From Erysipelotrichaceae bacterium (GTDB lineage Bacteria > Bacillota_I > Bacilli_A > Erysipelotrichales > Erysipelotrichaceae), in the NCBI GenBank assembly GCA_036641395.1, contig JAVWEY010000004.1, positions 633 to 64,632 on the forward strand: DNA of 64,000 nt, given 5' to 3'. A program made the position numbers and the translations under genes. This document shows positions 20,250-27,838 of the stretch, piece by piece. The notes under the pieces are model-generated. The model had not been told where the DNA came from. It made no database searches and saw only the letters and a list, made by a program, of their open reading frames with translations. Positions within the stretch are counted from its first letter, which is position 1. Each line of letters opens with the position of its first letter.

Positions 20250-20263
20250 TTCGTCATAACGAA
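20250..20263 (+). repeat. Box copy A: TTCGTCATAACGAA
   Basis: Read directly from the sequence. Dyad TTCGT-n4-ACGAA. Intergenic, between the SGNH gene terminator and the SARP regulator gene. Confidence 0.9.
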
Positions 20264-20287
20264 ATTATCGATTGCTTCCTATTTTAT

Positions 20288-20346
20288 AAAAATGGTATCG
20301 ATTGAGAAACAAGTAGGAAACAATACTTGCTTCAACAAAGGATACC
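20288..20346 (-). terminator. Compound terminator hairpin after the SGNH hydrolase gene
   Basis: On the minus strand: outer stem ggtatc/gatacc, inner 10-bp stem gaagcaagta/tacttgtttc (one mismatch), then ATTTTTAT. Confidence 0.5.
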
Positions 20347-20384
20347 ATTTATCATTTATCTAATATTTTTTAACTTTGCTTCAA

Positions 20385-21647
20385 TTAAGATTCAATGCTT
20401 TCTTTACGTTTTACTACAAGCATTGTACCAAATGCTAATAGTCCAATTATCCCAAGAGTGAATATACTAGTATCATCTCCGGTATTAGGTGTCATTATAA
20501 CTTCTTTCTTAATTTCATCTTTTGCTTTATTAACTGATACTTTCGTAGTTACCTTTAATGATAAATTATCATCGTTTAATGCAAACTTTGGCATAACTAC
20601 AACACCAGTAACATCAAATTCTTGTGCTGTTTTTAATGTTGGATCATATTTACAATTTTTTAAGTCCCAAACAATATTAGCCTTTTGTTCACCCTTCGTT
20701 GTATCAATCATCGTATAAGTAGGTAGTTTTAATCCTTCTACACTTTTCTGTGAACCATTTTCAATATTTAAAACAGGAAGAATTGCGGTTGGCTCTTTTT
20801 TTAATAATGAAAACATATCATGCATTGCACCAAATACTACATCAGCAATAAGTGCATGACCTGCTGCTGTTGGATGAGGATCTAGTGGCGTTGTAGGATT
20901 CATAGCATTTGTTAGATTTGTTTGCGTTGAATCATTAAATACCTGATAAACATCTCCAACTACATAGGTACCTTTTGCAGCACCTAGCATAATAGTTTTA
21001 TTCAGTGCACTTACCCCAATATCAATTGCACTAACTAATACTGGATTTGTATATTCTTTATAAGGATTTGCGATAGTTTGAACAATAATTTTAGCTGTTG
21101 GATTCATTGTCTTTATATTTGTGATAGTAGTTGTTAAATTAGTAGAAAATTTAGTAACAATGGTATTATCATTTAAAAGTAAAGTTAAAATTTTTGTTAT
21201 AGCACCATCATTCGCTGGATTTTCAATTGCAGCAGCCATGGCAGTTTTATCATTTATATCAACACTAAACATCGTTGCAACATCAGTCATGAATCTACCT
21301 AATAAATCATTTCCACCAATTGTTAATGAAATAGCATTTGCTTCTTTAATAACCGTTTGTTGTGCTTCACTTAAAGTTTTAGGATCACTCATTTTCGCAA
21401 GTCCAAGTGAATTAAGCCCATCGACTCCAAGATTTGTTGTATGAAATGATTTATTTTTTTGTAGTAATTCAACAAAACTTTCACTTGCAAAAGGTTGCGT
21501 TTTATCATAACCAGGAAGTCCATATCCGGTTGTAATACTATCACCAATTGCGACAAAATCAACTTTTTCAGATGCTTTGACATTTGTTAAAACACTACCA
21601 AATATCATTGTTGTTACAAGTAAAATCATACTTATAGTTTTCTTCAT
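20385..21647 (-). CDS. Secreted SGNH/GDSL hydrolase with Ig-like domain and C-terminal sortase-type anchor
   Basis: Signal peptide, GDS block (FVAIGDSITTGYG), GGND block, DPHP..GH block, and a beta-rich Ig-like region. C-terminus is TPNTGDD + hydrophobic segment + KRKE. AGGAGG SD. Confidence 0.8.
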   Translation of the reverse strand: MKKTISMILLVTTMIFGSVLTNVKASEKVDFVAIGDSITTGYGLPGYDKTQPFASESFVELLQKNKSFHTTNLGVDGLNSLGLAKMSDPKTLSEAQQTVIKEANAISLTIGGNDLLGRFMTDVATMFSVDINDKTAMAAAIENPANDGAITKILTLLLNDNTIVTKFSTNLTTTITNIKTMNPTAKIIVQTIANPYKEYTNPVLVSAIDIGVSALNKTIMLGAAKGTYVVGDVYQVFNDSTQTNLTNAMNPTTPLDPHPTAAGHALIADVVFGAMHDMFSLLKKEPTAILPVLNIENGSQKSVEGLKLPTYTMIDTTKGEQKANIVWDLKNCKYDPTLKTAQEFDVTGVVVMPKFALNDDNLSLKVTTKVSVNKAKDEIKKEVIMTPNTGDDTSIFTLGIIGLLAFGTMLVVKRKESIES

Positions 21648-21966
21648 ATCATTTCCTCCTCTTATAAAATAAGAATTTACTCCTTATTTACCATTCTTGA
21701 TTCCATTTAATAATTCCCCTACTTAATTATAAAGCATACCTATATTTCATCCGCTACCCTAACACATCCTCTCCTGTGTCTAACCTTATTCATAAGTTAA
21801 GTATAGGTTAATTTGTATAAAAAGTAATCATGCATTTAACTCATATAATGGCTAGTCGGCCTATATGTTGATTTAGTATATTTTTGCTTAATTTATATTT
21901 AATTTAAACAAAAGACCTTTTTATTAATTAACTTCTTAAGTTATATGATATTGCATATTATTAGTC

Positions 21967-21980
21967 TTCGTTATGCCGAA
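21967..21980 (-). repeat. Box copy B (inverted): TTCGGCATAACGAA on the minus strand
   Basis: Plus strand reads ttcgttatgccgaa, whose reverse complement matches copies A and C at 13 of 14 positions. Intergenic, between the LuxR stop and the SGNH gene leader. Confidence 0.85.
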
Positions 21981-22034
21981 AAAAAATAAATCAAAACTAA
22001 CAAAATAAAGGTAAAAAAATGACCATTTTCATAG

Positions 22035-23213
22035 TCATTTCAGCATGTATTTATTCAATTCTTTTCGATTTGTAATTTGAAGTTTATCATAAATATGTGA
22101 TATATACGTTTTAACGGTACTCGTTGATAAATTCATATGTTGGGCAATTTGTTTATTTGTCCATTTCTTAGAAGCTAACATTGCAATCGTAAATTCGGTT
22201 GTTGATAAGACACTGGTAACCGATTCTTTTGTTTTGGGATTATGTATTTTTCGCCATCCATCACTAAATGAATATGTGATATCAATGATTTTTTTGTAAT
22301 CACTTGGTTCTTCCTTCTTCAGTATTACTTCAATTAAGCCTTCTAATAAACCATGATGTTCAGCAAATGGTTGAAGTAAGTGATCTGGCTTTGCTAGTTC
22401 CCAAGCATGATTAAAGTATTGCTTCCCTTGTGTATTTTTCTTTAAATTCATTGCTGCCATTGCCGCAATAAGATACAAATAAATCATTGGAATTGGATAT
22501 ATTTCTTGATTCATTAATAAACCAGCTTCGCTAATACCTAAGGAACGACTATAATCACCTTTTAAGTAATATAAATGAGCTAACGCATAAAAGGAGAATA
22601 ACTTCATTCCTTCTGGTAAATTTTTCGCATGGTTTTCTAATCTTAAAGAATCATTACTTACATTATGTAATAAAATTTCAGTCATACTACTGACAAAAGC
22701 ACATAAAGCATATTCTTCTTCTGAAAGTGACATTCCCTTTACTTTTATTTCAGTCTTTAATTGCATAAAATCATTCTTTACTTGTTCAACATTACCTAAG
22801 CCAATATTTGAAAAACAATGAACCAATAACGCTGATAAACGAGTGGTTAAAACTTTACTTGTTAATAAAGATACAGCATTATCATTTGCTAAATTAGGAA
22901 CACCACAAAAATAATTATATTCTGCTTTTGCTAGTAATTTACTTTCATCATCTTTTAAAGATTCAATATAATCAAGTGCTTTTCCGGGAATGAAGTTTCC
23001 ATTCATAAGTGGCATTGCTAATAGTTTTATAGGTGCTTTTGATGAAACATCTTGTTTCAATTTATGATTGGGAGCAATACAATTTTCGGGTATCATCCAA
23101 TCTCGACCGAATTTCTGAATTCCTTCCAGTTTACCTTGTTTTGCCCACATTTGAACGGTACGCACATTAATATTCCAGAGAACAGCCATCTCGTGGACGG
23201 TTTTATAATTCAT
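22035..23213 (-). CDS. Dual-HTH regulator: N-terminal MerR/excisionase-like HTH, TPR-like middle, C-terminal LuxR/GerE HTH
   Basis: N-terminus YKTVHEMAVLWNINVRTVQMWAKQGKLEG. C-terminus TEFTIAMLASKKWTNKQIAQHMNLSTSTVKTYISHIYDKLQI. ATG 23213 (MNYKTV) has GGAGG 7 nt upstream, so I prefer it to the track ATG 23243. Confidence 0.75.
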   Translation of the reverse strand: MNYKTVHEMAVLWNINVRTVQMWAKQGKLEGIQKFGRDWMIPENCIAPNHKLKQDVSSKAPIKLLAMPLMNGNFIPGKALDYIESLKDDESKLLAKAEYNYFCGVPNLANDNAVSLLTSKVLTTRLSALLVHCFSNIGLGNVEQVKNDFMQLKTEIKVKGMSLSEEEYALCAFVSSMTEILLHNVSNDSLRLENHAKNLPEGMKLFSFYALAHLYYLKGDYSRSLGISEAGLLMNQEIYPIPMIYLYLIAAMAAMNLKKNTQGKQYFNHAWELAKPDHLLQPFAEHHGLLEGLIEVILKKEEPSDYKKIIDITYSFSDGWRKIHNPKTKESVTSVLSTTEFTIAMLASKKWTNKQIAQHMNLSTSTVKTYISHIYDKLQITNRKELNKYMLK

Positions 23214-23235
23214 TCCATTTCCTCCTTCAATTATT

Positions 23236-23249
23236 TTCGTCATAACGAA
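23236..23249 (+). repeat. Box copy C: TTCGTCATAACGAA
   Basis: Exact copy in the same orientation as A. It lies between the predicted LuxR promoter and the LuxR SD. Confidence 0.9.
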
Positions 23250-23261
23250 TATCTTGTTTTC

Positions 23262-23290
23262 ATTATATCGTTTAACTTGTTTTGATACAA
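23262..23290 (-). promoter_or_regulatory. Sigma-A-type promoter of the LuxR-type regulator, bracketed by a 10-bp inverted repeat
   Basis: The minus strand reads TTGTAT (23290-23285), a 17-nt spacer, then TATAAT (23267-23262). A perfect inverted repeat aatatcttgt (23249-23258) / acaagatatt (23287-23296) flanks it. Confidence 0.5.
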
Positions 23291-23303
23291 GATATTATTT
23301 ACT

Positions 23304-23960
23304 TTAAATTGAAGATAAGGATGGTACAAAAAGCGTTGTCAAATTATCGACTGGAAAATCATGATCAATTTCAAATAATGGCATCCATCTCATTAATTCA
23401 TCACTACTTCCTGCTGCTCGAACAATACATACTTGATATTCATCTGGATATACTTCCATTAAATCTAATTTCACATTTGATGCAGACAGTTGATCATATA
23501 CTTGGGGAATGATTAAGTTTATTTCATCACTTAATAAATTTGTTTTAATCGCTTGGGCATCCATTACAAGTAATCCATCAATTGGATCTATTTTTAATGA
23601 TGCAAACATTGCATCAAAGAAACTCTGTCCACCAACAACTTCAACATTTTCATCTTTCATTAGTATTTTTACGGTATATTCTGCAACGCATGGATGACCT
23701 GGAACTGCATAAATAATATCTCTATCTTTTGCCTTCGTTTGTAGCGTCTTAATAATTTCTTGATATACTTCCTCAAATGTATCATATTGCTCATAGATAG
23801 CATCAAAACTTGTATAAGCAATCTGATTCTCATTAAAGTAATTCATCATTGGATGATGATCTGTTCTTAAATATATTTCATTATCTTCTTTTAATAACTC
23901 GCCAACTCCGATTGGTAATTGACTAATATCTCCGGCTCCTAAGCCTACAATTTTTAACAT
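23304..23960 (-). CDS. Tetrapyrrole-methylase-family SAM-dependent methyltransferase (YabN N-domain-like, no MazG domain)
   Basis: MLKIVGLGAGDISQLP..., AVPGHPCVAE. Resembles the N-terminal half of B. subtilis YabN. Confidence 0.7.
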   Translation of the reverse strand: MLKIVGLGAGDISQLPIGVGELLKEDNEIYLRTDHHPMMNYFNENQIAYTSFDAIYEQYDTFEEVYQEIIKTLQTKAKDRDIIYAVPGHPCVAEYTVKILMKDENVEVVGGQSFFDAMFASLKIDPIDGLLVMDAQAIKTNLLSDEINLIIPQVYDQLSASNVKLDLMEVYPDEYQVCIVRAAGSSDELMRWMPLFEIDHDFPVDNLTTLFVPSLSSI

Positions 23961-24088
23961 AGCATCCTCTTTCGACCTTCTGTCTATAATACTATCATAA
24001 TATATATTATATACAATCTTTCATGCGAATTAGTATAAAAACGAAATTGCTTATGATACAATATCTTTAATAAAAGTGAGGATAATTT

Positions 24089-25459
24089 ATGGAAATCAAA
24101 TCAATTGTGAAACAACAAAGATTATACTTTAATGCTCAAAATACAAAGAGTTATGAATTTAGAATAAAACAATTAGCAATTCTTAAGAACTGTATTATTA
24201 AGAATGAAAAGCTTATTATGAAAGCTTTAAAAGATGATTTAAATAAATCCGCAACTGAGAGTTATATGAGTGAAATTGGAATGATTTTATCTGAGATTAC
24301 TTATACTCAAAAGCATTTAAAAGGATGGATGAAAAAGCATTATGTAACAACACCACTCGCCCAGTTTTGTGCTACGAGTTATGAACAATATGAGCCATTT
24401 GGAATTGTTTTAATTATGTCACCTTGGAATTATCCCTTTATGTTAAGTATGTCGCCTTTAATTGGTGCGATTGCAGCTGGTAATTGTGCACTTGTAAAGC
24501 CTAGTGCTTATGCACATGCAACATCTAGTGTAATAGCAAGTCTTATTGCTCAATCCTTTAAAGAAGAATATATCGCTTGTATACAAGGTGGAAGAGATGC
24601 AAATAAGCAATTACTAGAAGAGCGATTTGATTATATCTTCTTCACAGGAGGCGTTAGTGTTGGACGCTTAGTCATGGAAAAAGCGAGTGTCTATTTAACC
24701 CCTATCACCTTAGAATTAGGTGGTAAAAGCCCTTGTATCGTTGATCGAAATGCAAATATTAAACTTGCTGCAAAAAGAATTGCTTTTGGTAAGTATTTAA
24801 ATGCAGGTCAAACCTGTGTTGCTCCTGATTATGTATTTGTTCATGAAGATGTTAAAGAAGAATTAATCCGTTATTTAAAAGAATACATTCAATTGTTTTT
24901 TAAAGATGATATTTTAAATAATCATGAATATCCAAAGATTATTAATCAAAAACATTTTGATCGTTTAATTCAACTACTTCATAATAAAAAGATTATCATT
25001 GGCGGTAGCTATGATCGTGAAAAATTAGTAATCACGCCAACGGTATTAAATGATGTAAGATTAGGTGATGATATTATGCAAGAAGAAATCTTTGGTCCAA
25101 TTCTTCCATTAATCTCATATCAAAACATAAGTGAAGTTATCACTTATATAAATTCAAAAGAAAAACCACTTTCCTTGTATTTATTCACTAACGATAAAGC
25201 CTGTGAAAAGATTGTATTAAATCAATGTAGTTTTGGAGGAGGTTGTGTAAATGATACGATTATTCATTTAGCAAGTAATAAACTAAGTTTTGGAGGTGTT
25301 GGTCAAAGTGGTATGGGTAGTTATCATGGTAAACGTAGTTTTACCACTTTCTCTCATCAATACAGTATTGTAAAGAAAGCAAATTGGATTGATCTTCCCT
25401 TCCGTTATCAACCTTACACTAAATTTAAAGATAAAATGATTCGTCGTTTCTTAAAATAA
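24089..25459 (+). CDS. Class-3 NAD(P)-dependent aldehyde dehydrogenase
   Basis: ELGGKSP and catalytic GQTCVAPDY motifs, about 456 aa. GAGG SD. Confidence 0.9.
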   Translation: MEIKSIVKQQRLYFNAQNTKSYEFRIKQLAILKNCIIKNEKLIMKALKDDLNKSATESYMSEIGMILSEITYTQKHLKGWMKKHYVTTPLAQFCATSYEQYEPFGIVLIMSPWNYPFMLSMSPLIGAIAAGNCALVKPSAYAHATSSVIASLIAQSFKEEYIACIQGGRDANKQLLEERFDYIFFTGGVSVGRLVMEKASVYLTPITLELGGKSPCIVDRNANIKLAAKRIAFGKYLNAGQTCVAPDYVFVHEDVKEELIRYLKEYIQLFFKDDILNNHEYPKIINQKHFDRLIQLLHNKKIIIGGSYDREKLVITPTVLNDVRLGDDIMQEEIFGPILPLISYQNISEVITYINSKEKPLSLYLFTNDKACEKIVLNQCSFGGGCVNDTIIHLASNKLSFGGVGQSGMGSYHGKRSFTTFSHQYSIVKKANWIDLPFRYQPYTKFKDKMIRRFLK

Positions 25460-25469
25460 GGAGGAAGCA

Positions 25470-25991
25470 ATGGAAACTAAAATTAAAAGTGAATTAAAGT
25501 TTAATGGTCGAATCATCCAAGTTTACCAAGATGAAGTTGAAGTAAATCATAAACATGCTTTGCGAGATGTTGTAATACATCCTGGAGGTGCAGCAATCCT
25601 AGTTGTGAAGGATGAAAAATTATTATTAGTGAAACAATATCGTTACGTAATTGGAAAAGAGATATACGAGATACCAGCAGGTAAATTAGATGCCGGAGAG
25701 TTACCTATAATATGTGCAATGCGTGAATTAGAAGAAGAAACAGGCTATACTTGTGAGTCTTTAAATCAAATTGCGAAACTATATTCATCGCCTGGAATTT
25801 TTAATGAACAAATTACCATTTTTGAGGCAATTAATCTTCATAAAGTTGATAACCCACTAGCAATGGATGAAGATGAAGATATTAGTTTACATTGGTTTAG
25901 CATCGATGAAATTAAAAAGATGATAACTAATCATGAAATAAACGATGCTAAAACATTATGTGCGATTCAATATTATTTACTAAAAGAGTGA
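25470..25991 (+). CDS. nudF: Nudix hydrolase, ADP-ribose pyrophosphatase-like
   Basis: Nudix box GKLDAGELPIICAMRELEEETGY. AAGGAGG SD. 10-nt gap after the aldehyde dehydrogenase gene. Confidence 0.8.
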   Translation: METKIKSELKFNGRIIQVYQDEVEVNHKHALRDVVIHPGGAAILVVKDEKLLLVKQYRYVIGKEIYEIPAGKLDAGELPIICAMRELEEETGYTCESLNQIAKLYSSPGIFNEQITIFEAINLHKVDNPLAMDEDEDISLHWFSIDEIKKMITNHEINDAKTLCAIQYYLLKE

Positions 25992-26006
25992 TTCTCATCA
26001 CTCTTT
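25983..26006. terminator. Bidirectional terminator hairpin between the convergent nudF and MutS-like genes
   Basis: 9-bp stem aaagagtga/tcactcttt with a 6-nt loop, overlapping both stop codons. T/A runs on both sides. Confidence 0.55.
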
Positions 26007-27784
26007 TATAAGATGCCTGCCATTTTCATCAATTGTAACGCATTGGTTGTAAGACATCTACCTTCTTTAATTTTATAGTCAAAATGGATTTCATCACTTT
26101 CATAGTATTCATTAAAATGATAATTAACAATATCCATATCTTTTTCTTTATCTAATCCACATAATTCAAAATCATGGGTTGTTACAAAACTTAGAATCCA
26201 TGGTTTTTGTAGTCGATGTATTGCTTCTTTAGCACCAATAATTCGATCAGCGCTATTTGTTCCTTTGAATATTTCATCAATAAGAACTAACATCTTTTGT
26301 TGTTTGCTGCTCGCTTCCATGATTCCCTTAATTCGCAATATCTCTCCATAGAAGGTCGATATACCATGTTCTACATCATCAACAATTCGCATTGATGTAA
26401 ATACACTAAGTGGTGTTAAAGTAAAGTGTGTAGCACATACTGGTGATCCTGCAAGAGCAAGTGCCATATTAACACCAATCGAACGCATAAAGGTTGTCTT
26501 ACCACTCATATTTGAACCAGTAATAATACATGTTGATTGATCACATGAATAATTATTATCGATACATAATGATTCTTTGATTAACGGATGTCGTAACCCT
26601 TCCATCTTTAATAATGGTTTTTCTTGTTCCACAAAGGTTGGAAAACATGTTACTTCTTTTGAAAAAGCAATATTACTCAAAGATAAATATACTTCCATAT
26701 TCGCAATCTCTTCAACCCAAGTTCTAACTTGTTTCCCATATTCGTTACACCAAGTATTAAAATATCGAGTTAAATGAGTATCAACCATAAACAAACCACT
26801 AAAAACGAAATAAGTAATTGGGCTTAATCTTACATTCACAAAACCGATGAAGGTATTTAATTTATGAATCCCAATCGTACCTTGTTTTAAACAATTTGAT
26901 ATAGCTTTTAATTCTTCACTTTTAAAAGATTCTTGTTGGATTAATTGAAATATTTCTTCATAGCCCTGTAACGATTGACTTAATAAAAAGATTGATGATA
27001 AACTATCATCACTGTTATTCTTATATAGAAAACTAAATAATAATTGGAGAATAAAGAACATCCAAATATAGATAGAATTTAAATTAAAGAACATTACTAA
27101 GATAAATATAATTAACATAATAATTGGGAAAACAATTGAAGTAAAACGATATAAAAGTGATATATCACTTTTATATGTTTCTAAATTATTTAATAATTGA
27201 TTCATTTTTTCTTCATTGATTCCTTTTTGTCTTCTCATTTTAAATAAATATACTTGTAATTGGATGGAAAAAGGCTCTTTTTCAATGCATTCTTTGATCG
27301 CATTTTGTTTTTTATTGAGTTGTTTCACATCTAAATCACCAACCGTTATCGCTTCATATAATTTACGTTTACCAATCGGAGTTGTGGCACAGGATACATA
27401 TTGATACAAAGAAGCCTTATGAATTAAATCTAAGTCTTCGCTTTTAGAATCTAATTCAAACTCATTTCCCATCTCTTTAAACGTATTCCAAGTTTGATTC
27501 CAACGCATCTTAAAACTCAATAGAACTTCTTGATAACATTCTTCATAAAGTTGTTGATTCTTTATCTTTTGATGTTTAATATATAAAATAATAAAGATGA
27601 TACATGCGATAAGTGAAGTTAAATAGCCAAATCCAATTTTTTTATCATAACCTAAGAAAATCCCAAATAGAATCCCAACAAAAACAACCAAACGTAATAT
27701 CGCATATAAGGTAGATTGTTGATGCACCTTTGTTTGCTTTGTAAGTGATATTGCTTGTTCTTTTTTTATTGTTTCAAGATTCAT
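26006..27784 (-). CDS. Membrane-anchored MutS-domain-V ATPase (MutS-related, no mismatch-binding domain)
   Basis: C-terminal GSNMSGKTTFMRSIG (Walker A), STFYGE, LVLIDEIFKGTN (Walker B), and TTHDFEL. At least 4 predicted TM helices in the N-terminal half. ATG 27784 preferred over the track GTG 27793. Confidence 0.75.
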   Translation of the reverse strand: MNLETIKKEQAISLTKQTKVHQQSTLYAILRLVVFVGILFGIFLGYDKKIGFGYLTSLIACIIFIILYIKHQKIKNQQLYEECYQEVLLSFKMRWNQTWNTFKEMGNEFELDSKSEDLDLIHKASLYQYVSCATTPIGKRKLYEAITVGDLDVKQLNKKQNAIKECIEKEPFSIQLQVYLFKMRRQKGINEEKMNQLLNNLETYKSDISLLYRFTSIVFPIIMLIIFILVMFFNLNSIYIWMFFILQLLFSFLYKNNSDDSLSSIFLLSQSLQGYEEIFQLIQQESFKSEELKAISNCLKQGTIGIHKLNTFIGFVNVRLSPITYFVFSGLFMVDTHLTRYFNTWCNEYGKQVRTWVEEIANMEVYLSLSNIAFSKEVTCFPTFVEQEKPLLKMEGLRHPLIKESLCIDNNYSCDQSTCIITGSNMSGKTTFMRSIGVNMALALAGSPVCATHFTLTPLSVFTSMRIVDDVEHGISTFYGEILRIKGIMEASSKQQKMLVLIDEIFKGTNSADRIIGAKEAIHRLQKPWILSFVTTHDFELCGLDKEKDMDIVNYHFNEYYESDEIHFDYKIKEGRCLTTNALQLMKMAGIL

Positions 27785-27838
27785 AAAATCCACCGCCCTA
27801 TGTGAGTAATTATACTATAGATACTTTGATATTATAAG

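Noticed and set aside
21721-21800. Possible c-di-GMP riboswitch in the SGNH gene leader. The minus strand contains GGGTAGCGG, reminiscent of the GGUAGGUAGCGGGG segment of the Vc2 GEMM-I RNA.
   Set aside because: The other conserved GEMM-I elements are absent, including the ACGCAAAGC-type junction and the GNRA tetraloop/receptor pair. The local pairing is only a 5-bp hairpin. The resemblance is too short to support a call.
21648-22034. Invertible (phase-variable) promoter upstream of the surface-anchored esterase gene.
   Set aside because: No long inverted repeats flank a promoter-sized segment. The best are 6-7 bp AT-rich matches. No recombinase gene lies in the island.
23989-24018. dif-like sequence (aatatatattat core) resembling the Firmicute XerCD site.
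   Set aside because: The arms match poorly: about 8/11 for the XerD arm and about 4/8 for the XerC arm. The AT-rich stretch is better explained as the spacer of a TTGTAT-16-TGaTAGTAT promoter for the methylase gene, within a divergent promoter region.
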